Part shown: piece after piece, positions 1 to 9,276 of the stretch | Position numbering within the stretch: position 1 is the stretch's first letter | Layout of the letters: each line of letters begins with the position of its first letter | From: Macrostomum lignano | Lineage: Eukaryota | DNA: 23,851 nt | Reading direction: 5' to 3' | Assembly: GCA_002269645.1 (NCBI GenBank) | Contig: NIVC01005173.1 | Location: forward strand, 1-23,851 | Position numbers and translations under genes: made by a program | Notes under the pieces: generated by a model | Seen by the model: the letters and a program-made list of their open reading frames with translations, nothing else | Database searches by the model: none | What the model was told of the DNA's origin: nothing

Positions 1-460
1 GTGCCATCCCATCCAACTGTGGGCAGTGCCATCCATCCAACGTGGGCAGCGCCATCCCATCCAACTGTGGGCAGCGCCATCCCATCCAACTGTGGGCAGC
101 GCCATCCCATCCAGCTGTGGGCAGCGCCATCCCATCCAGCTGTGGGCAGCGCCATCCCATCCAACTGTGGGCAGCGCCATCCCATCCAACTGTGGGCAGC
201 GCCATCCCATCCAACTGTGGGCAGCGCCATCCCATCCAACTGTGGGCAGTGCCATCCCATCCAACGTGGGCAGCGCCATCCCATCCAGCTGTGGGCAGCG
301 CCATCCCATCCAACTGTGGGCAGTGCCATCCCATCCAACTGTGGGCAGTGCCATCCCATCCAGCTGTGGGCAGCGCCATCCCATCCAACTGTGGGCAGCG
401 CCATCCATCCAACTGTGGGCAGCGCCATCCCATCCAGCTGTGGGCAGCGCCATCCCATCC
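1..460. repeat. 25-bp minisatellite (TGTGGGCAGCGCCATCCCATCCAAC), about 18 copies, runs off the left edge; probably intronic
   Basis: 25-nt period read directly (e.g. 66, 91, 116); variants CCAAC/CCAGC and GCGCC/GTGCC, with occasional 1-nt deletions. It lies upstream of the splice acceptor at 533-534. Confidence 0.97.
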
Positions 461-534
461 ATCATTAATTATTTTATACTTTACACACGCAAACACCAGC
501 TGTGTTAAAGTTGGCAGCCTGTCTCTCCTTCCAG

Positions 535-819
535 CGCTCCGCCAAGCAGCAGCGGGCATCGCCAAGCAAGCCGGACCCAGGCGACATCGATCCCGACTAC
601 CTGGCGCAGCTTGGCGGCGGATTCCGTGGAGCCCGCACCGTGGCGCCGTCGCACGCGCGCAGCATGCAGAGCCGCCGGCTGGCAAACTTCCGCAGGTCGG
701 CGACCGCCTGGTCAGCAGAGACCCGGGCAGCCCTGCGGCCCAGACTGAGCGCAGAGCTGGTGGAGGAGCTGGACAAGCTGGAGGCTGAGGAGAGGACGGC
801 TGCCGCTTCCACTGGCTAA
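535..819 (+). CDS. Probable terminal coding exon (94 aa, RSAKQQ...LDKLEAEERTAAASTG*) of an unidentified gene starting left of the window
   Basis: Pyrimidine-rich acceptor ctctccttccAG at 523-534 in phase 0, GC-rich non-repetitive open frame, TAA at 817-819. Protein family not recognised. Confidence 0.7.
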   Translation, partial: RSAKQQRASPSKPDPGDIDPDYLAQLGGGFRGARTVAPSHARSMQSRRLANFRRSATAWSAETRAALRPRLSAELVEELDKLEAEERTAAASTG

Positions 820-828
820 CCGGCCTCA

Positions 829-1376
829 AAACCGATTCAATTACAGATTTAAACCGCCCTCTCATTTGAACAACCGATTCAAATCCGCCCCATCCCTTTT
901 GAACAACCGATTCAAATCCGCCCCATCCCTTTTGAACAACCGATTCAAATCCGCCCGTCCCTTTTGAACAACCGATTCAAATCCGCCCCATTCGAACAAC
1001 AGATTCAAATCCACCCGTCCCTTTTGAACAACCAATTCAAATCCGCCCGTCCCTTCTGAACAACCGATTCAAATCCGCCCGTCCCTTTTGAACAACCAAT
1101 TCAAATCCGCCCCCATTCGAACAACAGATTCAAATCCGACCCCATTCGAACAACAGATTCAAATCCGCCCCCATTTGAAAAACCGATTCAAATCCGCCCC
1201 TCCCATTTAAACAACCGATTCAAATCCGACCCCATTCGAACAACAGATTCAAATCCGACCCCATTCGAACAACAGATTCAAATCCGCCCCCATTTGAACA
1301 AGAGATTCAAATCCGCCCTTATTTGAACAAGAGATTCAAATCCGCCCCCATTTGAACAACAGATTCAAACCCGCCC
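829..1376. repeat. 28-33 bp minisatellite (GAACAACMGATTCAAATCCGCCCC[ATT/GTCCCTTT]T), about 18 copies
   Basis: The TTCAAATCCGCCC core recurs every 28-33 nt. The best units contain the inverted repeat TTCAAAT-ccgcccc(c)-ATTTGAA. Confidence 0.95.
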
Positions 1377-2025
1377 AGCCCTTAAGAATGCATTCAGGCC
1401 TGTCCCCGAGCCAGTCCAATTATGTGTTTTGTTGTCTTTCTGAGATTTTAACTTGCTAAAAGATTTTCGAGACTGCCTGCTGGCTTGCCGGTGTGTCTTC
1501 ACTTCCAGGACTTGCTTGCTTAGAAAAAGCGACTGTACGCCGCATTTAAAAAAAATGTTGCTTCATTCGCTTCTGTTAAATTGTTTGTTACAGCATTTTG
1601 ACTTTGTTAGTGTTGCATGCCTTATTTTTAACTGTTATGGAATTTAGTGATACAATGTAAATACATGAGTAGAGCTAGACTTTGAGCTCTCTAAACTTGT
1701 GATAAAATGAAGAAAAGTTTATGAAAATTTTCATACTTGTTTTGTTCAGCAACTGCTTTATTGTTACTGCCCAGGCTCAAAATAGAAAAGCATACGGACT
1801 AAAATGGCGACTTTGAATCGCTTATGCTGTACACTGCCTTCCCTTTGCTGAACTAAACAGGTAAAAAATAAGGTCAAATTTCTTTCAAACAGGAGGAATG
1901 GAATAGGAAACTAGGGCTGCAGGAGGAACCGTTCAGATGACGTGCAGATGCTTCAGAAAATGCGGGGCAGCAGCCTGAGGCTTCAGAAGGTACACCGTTT
2001 GTCCATCACTCAAGAAGTCTGACAT

Positions 2026-4398
2026 GAAGATTCAGGAGGAACTGGGCAGATGACTGAAGCTTCAGGAGGAACTGGACAGATGACTAAAGCTTCAGGAGGA
2101 ACTGGGCAGATGACTAAAGCTTCAGGAGGAACTGGGCAGAAGACTGAAGCTTCAGGAGGAACTGGGCAGATGACTGAAGCTTCAGGAGGAACTAGGCAGA
2201 TGACTGAAGCTTCAAAAGGAACTAGGCAGATGACTGAAGCTTCAGGAGGAACTGGGCAGATAAATGAAGCTTCAGGAGGAACTGGGCAGATGACTGAAGC
2301 TTCAGGAGGAACTGGGCAGATGACTGAAGCTTCAGGAGGAACTAGGCAGATGACTGAAGCTTCAGGAGGAACTGGGCAGATGACTGAAGCTTCAGGAGGA
2401 ACTGGGCAGATGACTGAAGCTTCAGGAGGAACTGGGCAGATGACTAAAGCTTCAGGAAGATCTGGGCAGATGACTAAAGCTTCAGGAGGAACTGGGCAGA
2501 AGACTGAAGCTTCAGGAGGAACTAGGCAGATGACTGAAGCTTCTGGAGGAACTGGGCAGATGACTGAAGCTTCAGGAGGAACTAGGCAGATGACTGAAGC
2601 TTCAGGAGGAACTAGGCAGATGACTGAAGCTTCAGGAGGAACTTGGCAGAAGACTGAAGCTTCAGGAGGAACTGGGCAGATGACTGAAGCTTCAGGAGGA
2701 ACTGGACAGATGACTAAAGCTTCAGGAGGAACTGGGCAGAAGACTGAAGCTTCAGGAGGAACTGGGCGGATGACTTAAGCTTCAGGAGGAACTGGGCAGA
2801 TGACTGAAGCTTCAGGAGGAACTGGGCAGATGACTGAAGCTTCGGGAGGAACTGGACAGATGACTAAAGCTTCAGGAGGAACTGGGCAGATGACTGAAGC
2901 TTCAGGAGGAACTGGGCAGAAGACTGAAGCTTCAGGAGGAACTAGGCAGAAGACTGAAGCTTCAGGAGGAACTGGGCAGATAAATGAAGCTTCAGGAGGA
3001 ACTGGGCAGATGACTGAAGCTTCAGGAGGAACTGGGCAGATGACTGAAGCTTCAGGAGGAACTAGGCAGATGACTGAAGCTTCAGGAGGAACTGGGCAGA
3101 TGACTGAAGCTTCAGGAGGAACTGGACAGATGACTGAAGCTTCAGGAGGAACTGGGCAGAAGACTGAAGCTTCAGGAGGAACTGGGCGGATGACTTAAGC
3201 TTCAGGAGGAACTGGGCAGATGACTGAAGCTTCAGGAGGAACTGGGCAGATGACTGAAGCTTCGGGAGGAACTGGACAGATGACTAAAGCTTCAGGAGGA
3301 ACTGGGCAGATGACTGAAGCTTCAGGAGGAACTGGGCAGAAGACTGAAGCTTCAGGAGGAACTAGGCAGAAGACTGAAGCTTCAGGAGGAACTGGGCAGA
3401 TAAATGAAGCTTCAGGAGGAACTGGGCAGATGACTGAAGCTTCAGGAGGAACTGGGCAGATGACTGAAGCTTCAGGAGGAACTAGGCAGATGACTGAAGC
3501 TTCAGGAGGAACTAGGCAGATGACTGAAGCTTCAGGAGGAACTGGGCAGATGACTGAAGCTTCAGGAGGAACTGGGCAGATGACTGAAGCTTCAGGAGGA
3601 ACTGGGCAGATGACTGAATCTTCAGGAGGAACTGGGCAGAAGACTGAAGCTTCAGGAGGAACTGGGCAGATGACTGAAGCTTCAGGAGGAACTGGGCAGA
3701 TGACTGAAGCTTCAGGAGGAACTGGGCAGATGACTGAAGCTTCAGGAGGAACTAGGCAGATGACTGAAGCTTCAGGAGGAACTGGGCAGATGACTGAAGC
3801 TTCAGGAGGAACTAGGCAGATGACTGAAGCTTCAGGAGGAACTGGGCAGATGACTGAAGCTTCAGGAGAAACTGGGCAGATGACTGAAGCTTCAGGAAAA
3901 ACTGGGCAGAAGACTGAAGCTTCAGGAGGAACTGGGCAGAAGACTTCAGGAGGAACTGGGCAAATGACTGAAGCTTCAGGAGGAACTGGGCAGAAGACTA
4001 AAGCTTCAGGAGGAACTGGGCAGAAGACTTCAGGAGGAACTGGGCAGATGACTGAATCTTCAGGAGGAACTGGGCAGAAGACTAAAGCTTCAGGAGGAAC
4101 TGGGCAGATGACTGAAGCTTCAGGAGGAACTGGGCAGATGACTAAAGCTTCAGGAAGAACTAGGCAGAAGACTGAATCTTCAGGAGGAACTGGGCAGAAG
4201 ACTGAAGCTTCAGGAGGAACTGGGCAGATGACTGAAGCTTCAGGAGGAACTAGGCAGAAGACTGAATCTTCAGGAGGAACTGGGCAGAAGACTGAAGCTT
4301 CAGGAGGAACTGGGCAGATGACTAAAGCTTCAGGAAGAACTGGGCAGAAGACTGAAGCTTCAGGAAGAATGAGGCAAGAGGCCAAAGCTTCTGGCTGA
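2026..4398 (+). repeat. 30-bp minisatellite (ATGACTGAAGCTTCAGGAGGAACTGGGCAG, reads MTEASGGTGQ), about 78 copies; possibly a decayed repeat-protein gene
   Basis: Exact 30-nt period. In-frame TAA at 2776-2778 and 3196-3198; 6-bp deletions near 3945 and 4029; the frame is closed upstream by TGA at 2020-2022. Confidence 0.95.
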
Positions 4399-4724
4399 AC
4401 TTAATTGTTACGAGTAGGAGGCTGAAGCCCCAGAAAAAGACCTGAATTAAACGGTCTAAAAGTAGAAAGCCATGTGAAGAAATGAAAGACGACAGGAGCC
4501 CATAAAACAGTAACGAAGAGTACAGAAGCCGCGCACTTATACATGCTGTTATACATGTACCACCTAAATCGGAGAATTAGGCTGAAGCTTTATAAAAGTT
4601 GGCTAAATACACGTAAAAGTACTTTGCTAGCACCTGCACAAGCACGCGCGTATCATTACATGCACAAGTTGCAGTTTCTAATTATAATGCAAGCTGGTAC
4701 ATCTTCCTGCACACGCATGGCTCC

Positions 4725-5197
4725 TCACGGCAGCGCTCCCACCGCGGCCTGGCCGAGTTGGTTAAAAACCAACGCTGAGTAGTCTGGCGGTGGCGAGTCC
4801 TCTGCGTTGGCGAGCTGGTGGGGCGCTTGTTGCATGCAGCAAACAGAATACCGCGGTGGTGGCAGCTCGGCTTCGGCTGGCTGCTTCGCCGCTGCCCTCG
4901 CGATCCCCATGACGTCGAGCGTCGAGGCTGCTCTCTCTTGCTGCCACTGTGGCTGCTGCTGCTGCTGCTTAAGACAGCTGCAGCAACGACAGCGAACCAA
5001 CGGTGCCGCAAGCAACCAATGAGCAGCGGGCACCAGATGGCGGCCAGAGCTGCCACGGCAAGGACGAGAATGACAACGATGGCTATGAGGCTGTTTTCCA
5101 CCTTCTGAGGATTAGAGTGCCAGTCTGGGATCTGACCGCCAGCTGCTGCGCATCCATGCAGGTTCGCTGCGAAGAATAGCAGCAGTGCAGTGATCAT
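4725..5197 (-). CDS. Small type-I membrane protein with PPxY tail (Shisa/WBP1/CYYR1-like architecture); predicted exons 5197-5034 and 4977-4725, 138 aa
   Basis: Signal peptide MITALLLFFAANLHGCAAA, then TM LIAIVVILVLAVAALAAI. The tail with PPRY and PPDY lies in the -1 frame. Removing a 56-nt GT..AG segment (5033-4978) joins them as ...LAAI-CC-LKQQQQQ. The donor GTGCCC is weak, so a 1-nt frameshift is the alternative explanation. Confidence 0.7.
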
Positions 5198-5983
5198 TGT
5201 CGCTGTTGGTTGAGCAGTTCAGAGAGGGTCTTGTAATCGTGGCCAAAACTGTATGCATTTTTATAGTTGGCGGATTGTGCCTTAATTGGATTCGCAAGGC
5301 ACGTTGCATGCCTTTTTGGGCGCTCCGGTGGCAATTATTGCATGCTCATAGTTGTTTACTCGCAACTGTGCATTAGAAATGTGCACAAAGGCTCCGGCCA
5401 TACGCTCGTATGATTGCGTCAATTTCAATACTGTACTGATGCATCCAGCACACAACGTGCATCCATCCTACTTGACTGCAGATTCAGTTTTGCTAAACTA
5501 AAACTAAAACCTAAAAGTGGATCATTGCTGGCTGTGACGTCTCTGCCCTGGACGTAGGTTGATCTACTGCAGATGTCAGTTAATTACGAGCGTACAATCT
5601 GAATTATTTGCATAACTCCTTTCAAAATTAGATTCTCCGCGGTTTGCTAATGCAGGTAAAAATTTTCAAAAAAATTTTTTGACAAGAAATGCAGGGCTAT
5701 TCAACAACCTGCTCACTTGCTCACAAAAATGCTCACTTCTCAAGAAGAGATGGAGATCGATGCTCACTAACACGTACTGACTGGCGCACCTGGAGCCAAC
5801 AAGCAATTATCACATCGATCTATTTTTAAAATATACGTACCTTTGATGCCTTCAACTAGCTGCCATTTTATGTCTGTGGCTACTGAGGCAATTGCAAGCT
5901 GATAGAAAAAGTCCATGTTGAAATTTTCAATGCAGCAATAATATGTGCTTAGGGATTCTGTTCTCTGCTCAAACACCCAACCA

Positions 5984-6216
5984 ATGCGGCTCAGCGACGT
6001 TCGAACTCGCGCCTCGGTGATCCTGACCGACGGTCAGCAGGAAATCGAGGAGGGCACCGAGGAGGAGCTGCTGTTGAAGCTTCTCAAGCACCAGCGCTGG
6101 AGCAGCGCCAACGCCACCGTCCGCTGTTTCAAGTGCAAGAAGCTGGTGGTCACAGATGTGGTCTTCGTGCCGACTGTCCGCACCTACATTGTGTCGCTGG
6201 CGCTGTTCTTGACCGG
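5984..6216 (+). CDS. LITAF: LITAF-domain protein, coding exon 1 (MRLSDV...CFKC...FLTG)
   Basis: CxxC (CFKC) followed by VVTDVVFVP and a hydrophobic stretch, typical of the LITAF zinc-ribbon N-half. Strong donor GG|GTGAGT at 6217, phase 2. The symbol is family-level, and the true start could be upstream. Confidence 0.85.
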
Positions 6217-6494
6217 GTGAGTCGCTCAAATCACCGTCATCTTGTCGGGGCAGTTCCAGCAGTGACTTGTGGGCGATGCGACCAAACTAGACAATAACTC
6301 ACCATGGACAGCGGAAGGTCGCTGTACTCGATATTTTAAATAATGCTCTGGAACCCTTTGACCACACTCTGTCCGTCACAATCTACCATTGTATTGTAAA
6401 ACACAACTAGTTGTAAAATTGTGCAATTCTTCTGTTTTTCTAAATTTAGTTCCAAGCTATAAATTTTGAATCCACAAATCAACACCTGCTCCAG

Positions 6495-6630
6495 CATCTT
6501 CTCTGTCCTGTGCCTCATCCCCTTCTACTACCCGGAACTTCTCGGCGTTGTTCACGTGTGCTCAAACCCGGACTGCCGGACCAAGCTTGGAGAGAACTCC
6601 GGCTGGATGTCGCGGAAGAAGCAGGACTGA
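6495..6630 (+). CDS. LITAF: LITAF-domain protein, terminal exon (G-IFSVLCLIPFYYPELLGVVHVCSNPDCRTKLG...KKQD*); spliced product about 122 aa
   Basis: Acceptor ctgctccAG at 6493-6494 with matching phase. The CLIPF and HxC...C LITAF C-half motifs are present; TGA at 6628-6630. This frame is absent from the ORF track. Confidence 0.88.
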
Positions 6631-6719
6631 CCGCCGTAGCCGGATTCAACCGTTCAACTCTCTGTGTTTGGAGAAGCTTACATTCATATACTTTGTTTTG
6701 CTGCGTTTCTGGGACTCCG

Positions 6720-7170
6720 CATTTCTGCTTTCCTCTCCTCACTCCGCTCCCTCCTCCCCTACCCCTTCCTTCCTCTGTTTCGCTCTTAGTTCCCTCCCCC
6801 CCGCTCCTTTCTTCCTCTGCTCTCTTCTATCTCCGCTCCTCCCTCCCTCCGCTGTCTCCTCCCCCCCGCTCCCCTCCTCCCTCCGCTCCCCTCCTCCCTC
6901 CGCTCCCCTCCTCCCTCCGCTCCCCTCCTCCTTCCGCTCCCCTCCTCCCTCTGCTCCCCTCCTCCCTCTGCTCCCCTCCTCCCTCCGCTCCCCTCCTCCC
7001 TCCGCTCCCCTCCTCCTTCCGCTCCCCTCCTCCCTCCGCTCCCCTCCTCCTTCCGCTCCCCTCCTCCTTCCGCTCCCCTCCTCCTTCCGCTCCCCTCCTC
7101 CTTCCGCTCCCCTCCTCCCTCCGCTCCCCTCCTCCCTCCGCTCTATCCTGTCCTCCGCTCTCATCTCCGG
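6720..7170. repeat. Polypyrimidine tract with a 17-bp minisatellite core (CCGCTCCCCTCCTCCCT, about 16 copies, 6866-7143)
   Basis: 17-nt period read directly; the plus strand is almost entirely C/T. Confidence 0.93.
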
Positions 7171-7290
7171 CTCCCGCACTTCTCTGCTCAGCTCATCACT
7201 CTAATCTGGTTGGTTCACACGTCCCTGGCATTATTTTCTACCTGGAAATTGCTTTAGCTGTTAATTGCTTGGAATGTGAATTTAACAAAA

Positions 7291-7475
7291 AATATAAGCA
7301 GCTGAATATTTATGGCGTTTGTTGTTCATAATGTGTTCTCATACAGCTGCATCGAGTTCTGCTTCAAGTTTTATTCGTTATGTCGCGGTAAAATTTCCGG
7401 TAAAGAATCGCGAATTGGGAATTTGTGCAGGACTTTATTCGTTTGTACTGTGCGTTCACAGCAGCAGTTCACTAC
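7291..7475. repeat. Direct-repeat copy A of 10012-10200 (duplicated 3' end of the poly-Asn membrane gene)
   Basis: Manual alignment of 7320-7475 with 10046-10200 gives about 13 differences in 156 nt. Minus-strand AATAAA is kept in both (plus TTTATT at 7434-7439 and 10159-10164). Confidence 0.92.
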
Positions 7476-7610
7476 GTCGGTGCTATTCATCAATGTCGGT
7501 GCTATCCGGCTCCGCGATGTTGTTGTTGTTGTTGTTGTTATTGCTGTTGTAAAAAAATTTCCTGCGTAATGTGGGCGAGTACGTGTACTCTTCGGCGCTA
7601 ACGGGCGGTG
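7476..7610 (-). pseudogene. Relic ectodomain fragment paralogous to exon 1 of the 10330-13052 gene
   Basis: Translates PPVSAEEYTYSPTLRRKFFYNSNNNNNNNNIAEPDSTDIDE*, versus LPTISAYTYSPTLQKQFFHGSNNNN...NAQPENTDIDKD. No signal peptide or TM is present. Confidence 0.88.
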
Positions 7611-8087
7611 GCGGCTTGGCTTGAGGAACTGGCTCGGCAACTGGAACGAGATAACCAATGCAAGTCTAGTGTCGCGAAGGAAGAGGCGATTGTCCGGAGG
7701 TTCACGGCCTGGTTGGCGGAGAACAAGCTCCGCTTAGACTAAAAAGATGCTCCAGTGGTGGATGTGGCTAAGTACGTTCGCTATTTCTACGCTCACCAGC
7801 GGAAGGCGGATGGGACGTTCAATTCCCCGAATACTATTGTTGGGATACGTGCCGCTCTTTTCCGCTACTTCATGAAGCTGCGTGGCCTCGACATCAATGC
7901 GGATCCAGCTTTTCATGCGGCTAACCTGATGATCAAGTATGTCTGCAACGCTTTTTTGCAGAATGGTGGTCGGATCCGCCACTACGGGGCCATAGAGTCT
8001 GACGACTTGATCAAGCTTAGTGCATACTTCGACAGGGCAACACCGTCGCGACTTCAGGAGGAGGTGTACTTCGATCTGCTATACTAC
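7602..8087 (+). mobile_element. Crypton-like (DUF3504/CryptonA-type) tyrosine recombinase fragment, N-terminal part, pseudogenised
   Basis: Reads ...AIVRRFTAWLAENKLRLD*KDAPVVDVAKYVRYFYAHQRKADGTFNSPNTIVGIRAALFRY...DINADPAFHAAN...HYGAIESDDLIKLSAYFDRATPSRLQEEVYFDLLYY. This matches the Crypton/KCTD1/ZMYM-type pattern FY..RK.DG..IRAA..RY..D..F..AN..LQ..V.F. There is an in-frame TAA at 7740-7742, and homology ends before the expected RRG catalytic-Arg motif. Confidence 0.8.
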
Positions 8088-8179
8088 GCTCCAATATTGA
8101 CTTCATGCTGACCTTAGCGTTACTTCTTTAAATTTATCGTCACTTTGCAACTTAATTCTTGTTCTACGTTTCACTATTT

Positions 8180-9215
8180 TTAAATACATTCGTTCCATGG
8201 GATGCAGGAATGCAAGAATGAAGCGGAGTGCATTCCAAAACCATCCTCCACACTTGGCCAGTGTGATTTCGGAGTTGCTTCCTCTGCAATTCTCTGAAGA
8301 ACGAGAATTCGCCACTCGCATAGTGTTGTCTGTGGTGGCGGATTGTCAAGTTCAAGCTGAACTTGGGGCAGAGACAACTGACGTTTTATTGACGCATTCA
8401 GGCAGGAGTGCGCACTCTCAGTCGGATTCAAAAATGGTGAGTACGGTGGCAGCTGTACGACTCGCCAGTTAGCTTCATATTATTGCGGGAGCCTCACGCC
8501 GGTGTGGAATCGAGCACCGTCCATTATGATGCAGAATTAATCCGCATTCTCGATGTCTTCTCTGTTGTTGACAGCGTCGAGTAACTCTTCGATGAAAACT
8601 TGGAACACGTTTGCAGTTAGCGTCTGGCCCAAAATCTTGTGGTGTACCAGGCTGAGGCCAGGTGAGATGGCGGGGTAGCCTGGATGATATTTACCTGTTC
8701 ACCGCGCTGCGTATGCAAAGTGCGCCTAACACGCTGACCCCGCAAACTGCGCCCCAGAGATCGTCGTGTCTTGTTGAGCCCTGTCTCGTCAATATAGATC
8801 AAGTGACAATCCGGACGCAGGTCAAGCAGCCACTGTGCAAATTCTTGTCGACGCGCTTTATTCTCTGGCGTGTTCCATGCGGCCGGTAGGTCAGCATCTC
8901 TGCCTAAGCATTTCAGCGTGATCAGATGTTTGTCTAGAGATCTTCTAAGTGTGGCCTTGCTAACTCGAAGACCGTCAAACGAATTCTCCAGTGTGCGCTG
9001 CAACTCTTTTAGTGTCAGTGATGGATTGGCATCCAGTGAATCCAGAAGCTGTTGCACGTGCTGGTTTCCTAGCTTTGACGTTCGATATCCTCCTCGACGG
9101 AGTCCCATTGGATAGTATACACAGTTTGTACCTTCACATTAAAAAACCTGGAAATCTGCACAGCTCTATGTCGATTGCGTCCATTTCGAGCTGCTATCGA
9201 GATCAGTTCACTTAA
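8180..9215 (-). mobile_element. IS630/Tc1/mariner-superfamily transposase pseudogene (frameshifts and stops)
   Basis: HTH-like ISRFFNVKVQTVYTI, then RRGGYRTSKL, IYIDETGLN (D1), IIMDGARFH (D2), LPPYSPFLNPTE (E), and C-terminal ITLAKCGGWF. The frames are linked by shifts, including an apparent 8-nt insertion after NIIQA, and there are two internal TAA codons. Confidence 0.9.
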
Positions 9216-9276
9216 GAACTGAGAAAATTTATCAATTGCGTGCTCGCATTATCTATGTATAACTTGCGAAATTCTA

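Noticed and set aside
1-788. Long ORFs PSHPTVGSA.../QRHPIQLWAA...
   Set aside because: A 25-bp stop-free unit read through all frames; 1-nt deletions are tolerated, so these are repeat artefacts.
829-1376. CRISPR array (hairpin repeat superficially like GTTTCAAT..ATTGAAAC)
   Set aside because: There are no unique spacers: the linkers are constant 7-mers. The context is eukaryotic and no cas genes are present.
1861-1892. 32-nt GT..AG intron linking a short MATLNRLCC... ORF to the 30-bp array
   Set aside because: Very short, and stops on both sides prevent a continuous frame.
3195-4385. 396-aa (VICPVPPEAS)n ORF
   Set aside because: Antisense reading of the 30-bp array; the diverged flanks favour the plus frame if any.
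4682-5108. Multiple overlapping plus-strand ORFs, and similar ones over 12632-12981, 16448-17036 and 19771-21390
   Set aside because: Antisense or off-frame shadows of GC-rich real exons.
6510-7331. Pro/Ser/Leu-rich and Gly/Glu/Arg-rich ORFs
   Set aside because: Translations of the 17-bp C/T array. The true LITAF exon uses another frame and stops at 6630.
8180-9215. Bacterial IS630 or contamination
   Set aside because: It is embedded among spliceosomal-intron genes and eukaryotic TEs; IS630-like transposases are established in eukaryotes.
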